DNA of 57,418 nucleotides, counting the filler, from Sphacelaria rigidula (Eukaryota), in NCBI GenBank assembly GCA_964200075.2. It is 6 parts of 6 records of this genome, joined end to end, with 100 filler letters (N's around TTAATTAATTAA, not from the genome) between each part and the next. Parts side by side here need not be neighbours in the genome. Positions count along the whole stretch, not along the records: positions 28,761 to 38,246 come from CAXNAA020008378.1; positions 38,347 to 47,832 come from CAXNAA020008379.1; 4 more parts are not named here. One strand, given 5' to 3'. Of this stretch, positions 35,356-47,932 are shown piece after piece. The position numbers and the translations under genes were made by a program. Position 1 is the stretch's first letter; each line of letters begins with the position of its first letter. The notes under the pieces were generated by a model that searched no databases, had not been told where the DNA came from, and saw only the letters and a program-made list of their open reading frames with translations.

Positions 35356-36387
35356 CCCTTTTGGGACCGGACCCCAATAACACAGGGTTGACCCTGTGTT
35401 GGTGGAATAATAAAAAATAAGTCTTCGAGCGACCTGCCCAATCACGGCGAGGCGAAATTTATCGACCAGACCCGAACGACCAGCGCGGGGATGGTTGTCG
35501 AGTGTGATCCAACCACAAAGATCGTGTGGGGGCCCTATCCCTGGCCCAGATGAGCCTCCCCAGGTTTCCAAGTGCAAGGTGGTCGCATTTGGTTTTATGG
35601 TAATACTTTCACTAAGTACAGTGCTCCCGACTTTTTCCGGAGTGTTTTTGGGTCTCATTTCTACACTGAAACGTAGTAAGTTACACTAACACAGGGTGAA
35701 CAAAAAAAAACGGGGAGGAGTGTACATGCTACAATGTGGTCATGTTCGCGAGGTACTACACCCAGGTGGGCCGTGGAAAGACAAAACGAGCTACCGTCAT
35801 GAATTCTGCTCATCCCTCTGCCGATGACTCAAAGTGTGCAGTTAACATGTATGTTGTAGGCGGGGATGAAGAAACGGTATATAGGCACTTGATCTCGGTG
35901 GCTGAGAATTGCCAAGAGCGTGCAAGGGAGTATGCAACGGCAGCTGCTGCTGCAGTCGGGGAGGCGTACTGCACTGTACTTGTACTGTACTATACTGTAT
36001 GTATGCGCGCCGCGACGTGATATACCCTTCGAAGAGAATTTGCCGCATGCAACAAAGGGGGAAATGGCGGCCCACCACAAGGGGCTGTGTGGCAAGGTGA
36101 TAGGGACGATATTATCATCCAAAGCCACAAGTGGCGGGCGGCCCGCCGGTCGCCGCATCCTGTTGGAAGCTCTCCACCACGACACATACTGCTTGTTACA
36201 TGAGATGTACACTACCTCGTGCGCACCCTGCACCTGAAAATAGATTGGATGAAACTTTCTGTCTTCGTCATAACCCTGCGGTTAAATACGCGGAGTTTTA
36301 CACGCCACTGTCTGCTTCGTGCAGACGCCAGACACGTCATTCCTAACCAGCCTCATTGGTTGTTCTGGTGGCCGGGTCCCAAAAGGG
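35356..36387. mobile_element. piggyBac-like non-autonomous element
   Basis: TTAA|CCCTTTTGGGACC ... GGTCCCAAAAGGG|TTAA: 13-bp perfect TIR with TTAA on both sides; a related left end lies at ~33165-33190 (-). Confidence 0.6.
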
Positions 36388-38101
36388 TTAATGGGCAATT
36401 TTCAAATTATGGCTGAAAAACAAAAAACGCCCGAGGGAACGCACCAAAGTCGCGTCGAGACGAACAAGTGGACGTTCCCGGGTTGCGCAAATACAGAGTA
36501 CAGGACAGCTCTGGTAGATTATTCGTGACTCAGCAGCTGTGCTAGGTATCACTCCGCTCGATTTTTTTTCTTTTTTAATTTATTGCAGTGTATGTATACG
36601 AAGGAAATAACACCACATACTCCGCCAAACGACGCGAATCTGGTCATTTTTGCGTCCTCACTGCGTTGCAAAAAAAGCTCGCTCACCACTACACTATGGA
36701 GTGGCCAAATGCGACAGGGTATAACTCCTTCTGGTCGTCGCCGATGTAGAGCCGTGGCTGACGAACTCACGCGGAACATGAAACCATCTCGAACTGAATA
36801 ATACAGGCTACTTTTTGGACGCTTGCAGGCCATGCAAAGTGCGTAATATGTTGCCGTAGTGACCGAGTAAAGATGTCATTGTGAGTAGCCGCATCATCGA
36901 TCCCATCGACTTTAAGAAGCCTTATTTTCTGAAGGTGCGACGGAAAACGTGATTACAGACCAGGTCCTGTACTGCGGTTCAGCATAGTGACCGCACGTGA
37001 CGGTTGTTTACACGTAAATCTCAAGGCACCTGAGGCCATTTGTTCCAAGATCCGGGCCTCTAATAGCCGCACCAGATTTTGGAGGATCGCTGTAGGGTAG
37101 GCGCTGATGGCCGTCAGTTGGCTCGGCGAGCGCAACCCGACACTTCTCGACCCTTTGTTGTTACCCAATACTATTGCAGCTGCCTAGGTTCATGGTTGAG
37201 CGGGTGAGTTGGGGTTTTCTTGCCGTTATGTTGAAAACCAAAAGCCGATCGAGGTCAGCCCCCATCTCTCAACGACACCAGCTCCCATTTGGGCAGCAGG
37301 AGTTTGTGATGAAACAAGCGCACCGCTACAGTTCTATTCGCGTTGCTTACACGTATGCCAACTCATCGTCGGCCTCCTCCGTTGGCTGGGGGGGGGGGAG
37401 GGGGGCTTTTCACGAACAAAATCTCATGTATGGAGGTAACGAGCCCCTTATCTAGTGTGCCCCGCACACGTGTCTAGTAAACTGATGTCAGCAGATGTGG
37501 AGGTCGTGAGACTCCCGGTGACGGTAGGAACCGTCAAAGGTGGCGAGGTTTTCCTCGTGTTATGTAGTCAAGGGTTGACCGTAAGTCGTGGGGTTTAGGA
37601 AAGTAGATCACTCGGGAGGGCTCGACGAGCGCGAGCGAGTCAGCCAGGACTGACCCCAGGATTAGCTAGCAGTTCGCTGGAAAGATCTATGTTACCTTGG
37701 GGTCCCAGATCCGACTGTACAGATATGGGAGTTTCGGGGCTCGCGGGAACTACCCCCGTAACAGCCGTCCACTAGGTTACACGTCATAAAAAGGAATCTC
37801 TCCGCACATGCCAAAATGGCGATCTCCACACATGCGAGAAAATCACCATCTGCCCACAACCACACCGTCCAGCTGTTCAGCAACAGCTGTGGAGGTTGAA
37901 ATCTTCGTGTAAATTCAATGCCCACATACAGCTACTACTGTTGGCACGATCACCACAACTGTGGCATTAATTTTTCAACTATTCCGATTACGGCAAGGTG
38001 CTGCTGATCATGGCTCATGAAAAAATAACTTCGACGTGCGGCACCTTTGACGTTACTCATCCACATATATTCCGACGCCCCCCCCCCCATCTACAATCTA
38101 C

Positions 38102-38168
38102 AGTCTCGAAAGGGATGCGTCGTCAATGGTCACACGACTAAGGCAAGCAACAAATGAGTAAGCCCGCC
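38102..38168 (+). mobile_element. LINE family A 3' end fragment
   Basis: GTCTCGAAAGGGATGCGTCGTCAATGGTCACACGACTAAGGCAAGCAACAAATGAGTAAGCCC just after a C run. Confidence 0.7.
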
Positions 38169-38246
38169 TATAATCTTAGCAGGATGCAGCTTACCCTTCA
38201 AGCGACTCGCCGAACACACCACGGCGCTTTGCGCTTGGTGATAGAG

Positions 38247-38346
38247 NNNNNNNNNNNNNNNNNNNNNNNNNNNNNNNNNNNNNNNNNNNNTTAATTAATT
38301 AANNNNNNNNNNNNNNNNNNNNNNNNNNNNNNNNNNNNNNNNNNNN
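38247..38346. other. Artificial contig spacer
   Basis: 44 N + TTAATTAATTAA + 44 N. Confidence 0.98.
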
Positions 38347-38374
38347 CCCCCCCCCCCCCCCCCCTCCCTCCATC

Positions 38375-38605
38375 GCTGCACGACTCTGAAACTCTGCTCT
38401 GTATATCACTTCAACGGCCATCCGAAACTCGGCACACTTGACTTTTCTGTAACGGGTGACCCACCGAACAAATCACGGCGCTTCGCGCTTGATGACTGCG
38501 AGCCCGATCCGGCAAAAACTCGGCGTGCTCAATCCCGGCTTTGTCGGGATGCGAGGCCAATGGCCTTACGACTACGGCATGCAGCATCATGAGTACACCC
38601 CCCCT
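38375..38605 (+). mobile_element. LINE family B 3' end
   Basis: Ends GGGATGCGAGGCCAATGGCCTTACGACTACGGCATGCAGCATCATGAGTACACCCCCC; C-tracts on both sides; encodes SGCEANGLTTTA, parallel to family A KGCVVNGQMTKA. Confidence 0.6.
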
Positions 38606-40211
38606 GCCCTCCCCCTGCGCGCCATTCGTCTACCTTTTGACTTGTGTCTCTCCCAAGTGCGCCCATCCGCTCATATTCACCCGTCCCGATTTGTACTCTC
38701 GCGATTTCCTCTGTTAGATTATCCACTATTGCAGCTATCCGAAGCCTTGGGATGAGGTCAAGAGAAAGGGTGACCTCGAGATGATATGGTGGCAAAAGTT
38801 CTTGGAGATGAAGACGTCGGCGGTGACGATGGGTGCGGGAGTTTCAGGCTTTTGAACTTGTGTTGACAAGTTGAAGTTTCGGCCCGAGTATTCAGGGCTG
38901 GGCTGCCCAGTTCAGACTACAGGGTCTCGTGGCAGCTTAATCAATTTTGTACACTTCTGTAGCATGATAATTTGTATGGTCAAGAGTGGTGTCACCTCCA
39001 GTGTGTGCGGGCGTGTTCTGCCCGACAGTTCGAGCTTCACTTGCGCGTGATTTGATTATGTTTGGGTTCGAGCCGGTGAAAAGGTGTCAGTTCAAAAGGG
39101 TCTGTTGAGCAGGGTCACTACCGGGGTATTGACTCTCTCGAATTTCGTGTTACGATGGTCTGATCGCAATATATTACCCAATATCTGGTCACTAGTTGAG
39201 TACGATCTCGGTACTCTGCCCGAGTTTTTCGTTGCGTTAGAGTACGATTTGACAAAAATACCCAAATGTAGGAAATACCCTATCCAACACACCCTTGTGA
39301 CTTTCGATTTTTTTTTTCGTGTAGATAACGCCCAAGTATAAACTAGTGGTTTGAAGTGTGGGGATCTTAGCGATAGTAGTATAGTAGTTTCCTGGACCGT
39401 GTTGCTGTATAGCGAGCCGTCGCGGCGTGGAGTTTTGCCCTCAATTGACGGATGGAGAGGAATCTTGACTCGGGATTGCTACCAGGTTGTAGTTGGAACG
39501 GGTGGTCTGGTCAGCGCGTAGACCGGACGGTTTGACCGCACATCGGTTTTGATTTTTTCATCAAAAAATAAAAGCGGAAGTGGAGAACAAACCCTGAATT
39601 GTGCTTGTTATCACTGTGTTTCTTCGTAGTAGTTTTATGGTAAAGAGCAACGTGGGGGAGAGGGACGGGGGGGCTGTATCGATGGGGTATGTGGCGAAGT
39701 ACTAGATTTTGTGTACTATTGACGTGTGCGGTCGTTCCGCACTATATGGGTGACAGACGAAGAAGCATTGCTATATTTTTGGAAAGTGGGAAATGCTCCC
39801 CGGGGCTGGGCGGTAGTACACCACCAGTGGCAACCGTGCACCCATTCCCCTCTCGGAGTGCAGATAACTAAACGAATGTGACATTGTAACGTTTGGTACA
39901 GTAGATAGTATAGTACCTCAAGTTCAAAGTAGAACGGGTTGTTTTGGGTGTTTTCTCGCGTACCACTTTTCGATGAAACTCGAAAGTGCTACGAGCTGGA
40001 CCGGTCTAGACGTAGATTTAAGCTCTCAAAGCAATATCTCGTCGGCATAGACAAGTTGGACGGTGATCTGCGTATCGTATAAATCAACTGATCATGGGGA
40101 AGATGCCGATGTGCTCAGAAGTTTGGGCTATTTTTTTTCTCGTTGATGGAATCCCATGTCTTGTAATTCCTATACCGTACGGAGATAGCGTGCATACTAG
40201 AGCCTATATGA

Positions 40212-40242
<31 letters not shown>

Positions 40243-40859
40243 TGATTATTACCCTAAACTCACGGAAAAAAAAAAACTTGGCGTCCCGAGCGACAGTGTA
40301 TTAGCATGCCCTATTCTTCCTCCGTACCAAATTTTGGAGGCTAACTCCTCGCGAAGTTGAGGTGAGACGGGGTCTGCAAACCACAAATTCGCGTCTTGGC
40401 CGGCCCAGCCTGTATTGTCGGTAAATTTTGACACAATCAACAGATCGTCCTCGAAACACAATGCCCAAGTTAGTGTCAGTTGGTGTTATCGGGCGATACG
40501 AATAAATACCCCGTCTATCAGGAGGGTGGTGTTTATCGTGACACAGTTTGTCAGCTTTAGTGCAATGAGTAGGTAGAATTTCAACAAAGAAACCTGTTCT
40601 TTTATTCACAAATACACCGGGACAGGCTCGATCGACCGAAAATACCAAAGAATCAGAAGCTGGGGCTGAAAGGTGGCAGGATCCCCGATGACCGGTCAGC
40701 CCGTAAGTCGCTCAATATTGAATACAGCTTAACTTTTTTCTTGGAATTCGGAGCGATACTAGTATCTTCAGATCCCCAGTTTGGTGAGTATTGGCAAGCG
40801 GAAGAACCTATCAAAATCGCCAGTTACGAAGAAATGACTAAATATTTTACTTTGAACTT

Positions 40860-41093
40860 GAGGTATTGTAGCGACAAAACGATCGATGTACTAGGAGGTA
40901 GTTGGTGGCCACAGATGGTGAAACAGGTAGGAGATGAGATATGTAAAATGTCCTGATGTAATGTATAGAATAAAATGTAGTGAGCGTCCACATGGTGTCT
41001 CCATAAGGGGTAGGAACAGTGCTTCGCCTCGAAAGGGATGCGTGGTCAATGGCCAGATGACTAAGGCAAGCAACACATGAGTACACCCCCCCT
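40860..41093 (+). mobile_element. Longest LINE family A 3' fragment
   Basis: Decayed ORF end KTIDVLGGSWWPQMVKQVGDEICK...GVSIRGRNSASPRKGCVVNGQMTKASNT*, then GTACACCCCCC. Confidence 0.7.
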
Positions 41094-42939
41094 CCGACAG
41101 TCCAGCTATATTAGTAACAAAGAAGTATAGTAGCATCGAGGCGCTCAGTATTGACCCAAGTTTCCAGTAGTCGACTTTGTTAGCCCAACTCGTTGCTGGT
41201 GTAGTTGATGGGGTTGGTGTTTTGCCGGGCACCAGTAACTCAGGCGTTTTGTTTTTTATCCACGAACGTGCTTCATTCACCAAAAGGCAGTGGAACTTGG
41301 TGCTACGGTAGGTCAAGGAACCCCCCAAGGACAACCGGCTACGTTGGGTGATTCCTTATGGCGCCAACCTTTGCAAGGTCGATCGCTGCATCATGAGACC
41401 GGTAAGCCTCCGGCACACAGTACTCAGGGTCGGAGGCCTCGTGAGGAGCCACGCGTAGGAGTGTAGTATATTTGCTTTTTATTGTCCTCGTACAGAGATG
41501 TTCTCACACACCCGCTATGTGCCTGTCTCTGGGGGGAGGGATGCCTCCTGCATTTGCCTACGAGCGTACTTGTCCGTCTGCTGCACGAATTATGCATGGG
41601 ACGGGTATGTCCAACAAGGGGGGAACTACCGTCATGTCACCATGTGTCTGAACCGAAGGTCTGGTATACGTGCGGAGGACTGGTACGTCCGAAGGACTGG
41701 TGGGTCCTACGAAAATCATGGACACTGGTCCGTCCGAAGGACTGGAACGGGGGGCAGCTGATGTTAACACAAGTGCGCATAGCATGGTGTGGTGTCATGA
41801 AATGGCAGGCCGTTAGCTCCATCTCCTTCTCTTTGGCGGCGTTCATCATGCCGGTAACGATCCAGCGGGGGAACTCAGCGCGTCCCAGCAGACGATCGTG
41901 AAAAATGGGGATAATGGGAAGACAATGTTTGGCGGGTACCAGTCGCAATATCATCCACAATTTCGACCTCACTTCGTTCCCAAAGAAGAAATCTCGTCCC
42001 CATTCCAGGAACGGCTGTTTCCTGTCACCGCCGGTGCTCTTCCTCTTCGCATACTGGTGATATCGATCATGTTTCTTTTGCGCAATGACTGGCCCGTTAT
42101 AAGACCGAACCTGAGGTTGCATTGGCTTGATCAAGGTTGTGAAACCTCTTTCCACCTGAACATCATATAAGGACGTTATTTTTCGCTGCCATGGACCTTA
42201 AAAATGTTACCACCTCCATTTGCATTTGCACACAAAATTCAAGGATGATTGTGCGCCATACCAAACACATGAGTGGCTCTAGTCGTGGAACGCCTCTACT
42301 GTCCGTTTTATGCCTGGATCGTGGTGCTGTGTGAAGCTTTACCCTGCGACGACTACTGGCAAAAAGCGCAGTCACTGCACACCACCCATCTGCAAGCACC
42401 CTTCACAAACGGACCGCACATGCATTTTTGGAGAGCACCCTCACACAAACTTCGACGTCGTGATGAGGTGGGCTTTTGTCAGGCGCCATTTTCCCCGAAA
42501 CCCGAACCTATCCCGGCGCAGCGAAAGAAAGAAGTACCAGCCACCGCTCTGCTACATGCGTACCGCAAAGACACGAAGCAAACTGTTCAGTATTTACACG
42601 ATGACGTCACGTCGTTTTCACTATATTGGGGCCACAAAAACTCGCTACGGAACGAGGCGAGTCCTGCGGGGGTTGACCCATCGCTGCACTGACTACTTGG
42701 CGTGTGGCACAATCACAGAAAACACGGAAGCTGCCCTACCAGCACACTTCCACAGCAAGCACGTTATTTCCTTGTTTCACCAGAGATGATACAGGGTACG
42801 TCAAACTGCACAAAAGCCAGAGCCATCCTTTCTTTTTTTCTGTTCCTTCCTTTCTCAGAGCGTGTTTCATTTTCGTTTTTCCTTGGGTACGTCTATCATG
42901 AGACCACGGCTGGACCCCTGGGGGGTCAGTTAAAGTGCG

Positions 42940-42940
<1 letters not shown>

Positions 42941-42974
<34 letters not shown>
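42941..42974 (+). repeat. (CAAT)n microsatellite, possibly a retroposon tail
   Basis: 8 perfect units. Confidence 0.8.
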
Positions 42975-42975
<1 letters not shown>

Positions 42976-43247
42976 AAAAAAAAAATCCAGAAACTTCCCA
43001 ATGCTTTCAACACACTTGCGCAAGGGAGGCCCCGCACCACTACAACCATTACTTTTGAACCGCAAGGTCTCGACCACAGGCTTCTGGAAACCCACCGCTC
43101 GACCGCCAACTTCAAGCTGTCGCTGCCGTCTCACCAATTGTAGGTTGCGTTCCGTATCGCCCCGGGTGGCCAAGACGCTGCGTATAGCACCCCCGATATT
43201 GCTTCCGTCACAGCGAAGAACGGCACACCACCGAAACACCGCATACA

Positions 43248-43484
43248 CTACGCTACACCAAGGCCCACGACATTGCCATCACCATCACCGACGCCACGAC
43301 CAATGAAGTTGGCTCCGGCGGGAGTACCATCGTTGCTTTCTACTGGGTCGACTTTGGGCTCCATCGTTATGCTGTCGTAAGGGTCGACGTGCTTCACGCT
43401 GTACCGCACACCTTCGTCGACATTGTCCTTGAAAAAGGAGAGGCATCGGTCTGCGAAGTTTAGGCAAACGTCCTTATCCCAGTG
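43248..43484 (-). CDS. DXO/Rai1-family protein, terminal exon
   Basis: Acceptor AAACAAAG|CACTGG; HWDKDVCLNFADRCLSFFKD resembles the DXO C-terminal W...VCxNF...LSF helix; stop TAG at 43250-43248. Confidence 0.82.
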   Translation of the reverse strand, partial: HWDKDVCLNFADRCLSFFKDNVDEGVRYSVKHVDPYDSITMEPKVDPVESNDGTPAGANFIGRGVGDGDGNVVGLGVA

Positions 43485-43893
43485 CTTTGTTTTGTTTTGT
43501 TTGTGTTTGTGTTTGACAGCAGCAGCAGCGGTAGGCGAGGGAAAAATGGGTGAGCAAAGGAAGCATGAAGGGACTGTTGAGTGACATGATCATGAAAATA
43601 CAAAAATAAATCGTCAAGAAGCGGGAGTCTTGACGAGGGCATGCAAAGAACAAGAACAAGAACATGTGTAATCAAGTGCTGATTTTCCACCCCAACGGAA
43701 AGTAAACAAAAACAACGAGTACTAGGAAAACAAACCGAGCCGGTTATACGGTCGGGGACATTCCACGCAAAGATTGATCAGGTCGACATCATGCACAGAA
43801 CACCCAAAGAGACACAGCGCACTGCCCCGTAACTAGATCTTCGCTGGAGTACTGTTTTTGTTTTTAACACCTGTGCCAGCATTTATCTTTTAC

Positions 43894-43958
43894 CTTAATT
43901 TTGTCGACAGAGTCCACCACAGCGTCGGTGGTCCAGTGCTTCACATCCCGTACCATGC
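43894..43958 (-). CDS. DXO/Rai1-family protein, penultimate exon
   Basis: TACAG|GC+MVRDVKHWTTDAVVDSVDKIK|GTAAAA, 65 nt; phases 1 and 0 fit both neighbouring exons. Confidence 0.82.
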
Positions 43959-44380
43959 CTGTAACCCGAGCGAATCATGCAGCGCAAGCGAGTTCGCGGC
44001 GGAGAGCGTCGTAGTCTTCGCGATATATGCGCAGGAAGTAAAATGGTTCGCTGTCATAAACCACGTTCTACAAACACTCAAGTGGTCGTAAAAAAAGGGG
44101 GGGGAAGCGACGGCAAAATAGCGTCGACACACCAAAATACTGTCACATACAAGAGCATACGAGATCGAAATATCAGCGTCAACAATCACCACTGACTTTC
44201 GCATGCGTACAACAACCTTCTATCGCACATTAGCTTCCATTTCAGCTGCAGATCAGCCGTGGACTCAACACTTGGCACACGGTATTCGACTCACATCGGC
44301 ACCTCCGTCGGATAATTAATTAATCACGAAATGAGCTCATTATCCCGAGTGATTGCGCATGGCAACATGACAACACATAC

Positions 44381-44480
44381 CTTGGTCGTCCCTGTATCCG
44401 ACGACAAGATCTTTCACACCCGCCATGTAGCACTGGGCCCAATACTTGAGGCACTTGTGCTTCTTGAATATTTGCTCATC
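44381..44480 (-). CDS. DXO/Rai1-family protein exon with motifs V and VI
   Basis: TAG|DEQIFKKHKCLKYWAQCYMAGVKDLVVGYRDDQ+G|GTATGT; matches the K..K.W.Q...G and G(F/Y)RD motifs of Rai1/DXO/Dom3Z. Confidence 0.88.
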
Positions 44481-44706
44481 CTATCGTGTTGGTGTGGCCG
44501 ACGACGTGCAGATGGGAGTGCGGTGAGAGGCATGGATGGGGCAGAGTGGCGAAAACATACCTGGCATGCTCAGTAAGAGATACATTGCGTGGGCGTAGAA
44601 CAAGGCAGCCAAGCAATTTCAATTTTAGCACGCTGCGAGCGTTTAGGGACCACAAAGGCTTCTCAATTCCTGAATGACTGACAGCAACGTATCTGCATAC
44701 TTTTCA

Positions 44707-44762
44707 GGGGGAGGGGGCGTACTCATTTGTTGCCTGTCGTAGTCATTTGGCCATTGACCACG
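44707..44762 (-). mobile_element. LINE family A 3' end fragment in a DXO intron
   Basis: GGGGGCGTACTCATTTGTTGCCTGTCGTAGTCATTTGGCCATTGACCACG is the reverse complement of the family A tail. Confidence 0.7.
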
Positions 44763-44983
44763 ATTTTTCAAGGGTGGTGGGGGGAGGAAAACTAGGGATG
44801 TATATCGCTTCCGCTAATATCGAAAAATCGAGCCGAGGCGACATAATCGTAGTAGGCAATAGGTCCCCATATTATCAAATCCCCTTCACCGGCCATCAAG
44901 GGTAGTACATTGTATGGATAATGACCTCAAGTACGATGGAGCGTATGCCTTCGTCTGGGGCTCGAAGACGCGACCACCGATAC

Positions 44984-45069
44984 CTCGCGATATGTCGAAT
45001 GAAATGAGTAGCAGTTACGGTACTGAAAGTGCGCGCCTACGGCGGTGACCACGAGTTCGAGATACTGAG
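44984..45069 (-). CDS. Probable DXO/Rai1-family exon at the motif IV position
   Basis: TTAG|CT+QYLELVVTAVGAHFQYRNCYSFHSTYRE|GTATCG; phase 0 into the next exon; YLEL matches the expected YVELKT but lacks the Lys. Confidence 0.55.
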
Positions 45070-46529
45070 CTAATGTGTGAAAACAGTGAGGAATAATAAT
45101 AATCATAATAATAATACGAGACTTTCGGCGGCTTTCGCCGCCATACTCTGTGGATCGACAGCCAAGATACATGAGCACCGATGATAGTTGTCTGCGTTGC
45201 GTAATGGCACGGGTCATAGTTTGAAGAAAAGGCCGAAGTTTCTCACCAGCTGAGCACGTTGTGCGTGACCTCGCACAGCTCTGTTCAGAATCCAACGAGA
45301 AACAATCCGAAAATGATGCCGATTCAATTGTGGGATGATGCCGACGCAGTTTCAAAATAGTACACGCCCTGGACAATACAACATGTAATGTATATATATA
45401 TATATATATTGCCCTCTCAATATGTCGACGCTTCGGGTGGTCAATATATATTGGGCGAGCAATGTAATGGCACGAGAGACAGGTCAAAATATGTTGTGCC
45501 ATCAATATGTCAAGTCTCGCGACATGCAATATATATCGACCGAACAAAATATTACGACACGCGCCACATCAATATATATTGGCCGAGTAACATGTTGGTG
45601 CGGTGGAGCACCAATATAGATTTGTCGAATAATATATTGGCTGCCACACGAGGTCAATATATATATATATATATATATTGATGATTAAATACACTCAACA
45701 TCCGAAGCGACAATATATAATGCCGCCCAAATATGTCGTGCGTCAATGCGTCCAATATATATTGGGCGGACAATAGACGAGGAAAAGGACGATCACAGTA
45801 CATTTTGGTGTAGCAATATATATGTCTAACTAAGATTACGTGTGAACGCTCCCGTGAAAGCGGGGCAATTAGACCTACTCTCAAAACAGTACACTTAAGA
45901 AAACCCTTCTGCTTCACGTCACCCTGCGACATTTTTTTTCATTTTCGAAAGCTTGATGAGATGGTGCAATGTTTTCCCATAATCTTTCGCGTTCGACGAG
46001 GGCGAGATTCGACCTTCGACCCAAGCAGTCAGTGCCTGACAGTGTGCGCGTAATAGGCAATACGCGGAGCCCTGATGATGGATCTGACACTTTGATAATG
46101 AAAAACGGAAATTTCAGACATACATGCATACACGCGATGAACACAGGTGAAACCAGAACGATTTCTTGGAGTTCGGTGATTTGTGGTGTCGCAGTTTTTT
46201 TTGTTTTTTCTTCGTCTCTTTCTGGGTTGTCTATTATTTGGCAATCGCAGTGTTCATTGTATATGTGCAACACATGACGTTCAAACGGTAACGCGATTAT
46301 ATTTTTATTCCTTGTATACGTTAGACGTCTGAATCGTGTAAGCGCGACATATGCGTGCGTCATATCAACATGATGCCAATCAACAACAATCGTAGGCACT
46401 GTGTTTGTTGTTGCCTGTTCGCAGGCCTTTCTGTGTTCCCAAGATTCGATTCCCCGGCGTTCGGGGTTCGGTGGATTCAACAGCCGATTTGCCGCGGTTC
46501 GGTGAATTTTGGAGCCGGATTTTTTTTAT

Positions 46530-46995
46530 CTCTATCTGTACTGTCTGCATTGCTTGCAAGCAGTGTCTTGGGTGCGTGTGTGCGTGTTTCATTCAGGAGG
46601 ATATAGAAGAGAAGCGGGCAACGTGCAGTGCAGACAGCCCAGGACTATCAGTTCTCTCTTCTTGCAGTGCGACGTGAAGAGGACTTCGGCAACGTGCAGC
46701 TTTGTGCTGTCTGCACTGTCCATGAGCGTGCACGCAACTCGGTTGTGCACCGTACCAGGCAGTTCCGTCGTTGATCCCTACCATGAGAGAAGATGCAAGT
46801 TTTCGCCAACAAAAATAAACAAAGCACACCCAACTACTGCAGTGTATCTATCGCTGGGCTCAACTCGTGCCCTAGGCTGCAGGATTGCGGTGGTGGCTGA
46901 GAATGAGTTGAATGGGGTTTGTATGGTCCTGTGAACAGGTGTTATCCGGCGTGGTGGCCTGTAAGATAGGATTCAATTGCCGCTTCGTGCCTTAC
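46530..46995. repeat. Dispersed ~460-bp repeat, homologous (opposite orientation) to 49655-50110
   Basis: For example GGCGTGGTGGCCTGTAAGATAGGATTCAATTGCCGCTTCGTGCCTT pairs with AAGGCACGAAGCGACACTTGACTCCTATCTTACAGACCACCACGCC. Confidence 0.85.
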
Positions 46996-47380
46996 GGTCA
47001 CGCGATAAAAAAACAGGGGAAAAATTTGGAATTTTTTGTCATCTGACCGTTTTTCACTGAACATCAGTGTGTGGCCCCATTCAGCCAAAAACAGAAGTGC
47101 GGCTAGCGGGAAATGCAAAGTTGATCCAGGACGGTCTCAACGAGTAGAGCAAGTCATTCCAAGGCGTCAACATGCGTCTAGCCCTCTTTTCGGGCGTAAA
47201 TCGACGGAGAAGGGCCCAAAAGGCAGATTTGAACAGGAATTTTGAACGGCTACCATTAGAGTTGGCCTAAGACACGCCCTGAAAGGGGGAAAAAAGAGCG
47301 AACGAACGGATCAAACATTGAGGCGACCTAAGGAAATGTACGTAAACAATGGTTGGTACTATGGAGATGCCGCCAATTCT

Positions 47381-47500
47381 AACGCTAACCCTAACCCTAA
47401 CCCCGACCAACGCATACCGAGAACCCTCGGGCAAGGGGGGGCAGAGTGTTCTCTAGGCAACGTGTGCGTTGCCAGAGCTCAAATCGACGCCCTTCAGCTG
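47381..47500 (-). repeat. Repeat carrying (TTAGGG)n telomere-like units
   Basis: CTAACCCTAACCCTAACCCCGACCAACGCATACCGAGAACCCTCG; homologous to 50410-50520. Confidence 0.65.
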
Positions 47501-47832
47501 ATTTTGGACCAAAACACGGTCTGGACAAGCTAAGTCTACTGCTCACCACTGCTCACCTGCCCCAGACCATGAATTTTCTCAGAACTTTCTTGAATCTAAG
47601 ATCAAGTAAAATCGAGTACCAACCATTACACAGGCACCGTAGGTGAGGTAGGTACCCGGTACCGGTGTTTGGGACATCTCATACCCTACCGATACCGGTC
47701 CAATTCGGTATTTTCAAATGTCATATCTACGATACCTACGATCCCACGGTATTTCGAGATTTCAATACCTACCGTACCCGCCCAATCCGGTATTTTCAAA
47801 ACTCATACCTACGATACATACGATACCACGGT

Positions 47833-47932
47833 NNNNNNNNNNNNNNNNNNNNNNNNNNNNNNNNNNNNNNNNNNNNTTAATTAATTAANNNNNNNNNNNN
47901 NNNNNNNNNNNNNNNNNNNNNNNNNNNNNNNN
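47833..47932. other. Artificial contig spacer
   Basis: 44 N + TTAATTAATTAA + 44 N. Confidence 0.98.

Noticed and set aside
28761-38246. DDX54 as a truncated pseudogene (no first exon, no motifs V and VI)
   Set aside because: All five exons are intact with consistent phases; the missing parts most likely lie off the contig or were not recognised.
38200-38500. Similar sequence on both sides of the 38247 spacer suggesting contig overlap
   Set aside because: Both are diverged copies of the LINE family B tail.
41200-42400. Coding-like stretch including the 172-aa ORF 41637-42155
   Set aside because: No recognisable motif or consistent splice model; needs a homology search.
43215-43250. GAACGGCACACCACCGAAACACCGCATAC resembling a 5S 5' end
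   Set aside because: Too short, no box A/C downstream, and it lies in the DXO 3' UTR on the other strand.
45375-45820. Recurring CAATATATAT motifs with variable spacers, superficially CRISPR-like (also ACGT array at 16710-16880 and ATACC array at 47650-47832)
   Set aside because: No fixed repeat length or spacing, eukaryotic context, no cas genes; more likely transposon subterminal motif arrays.
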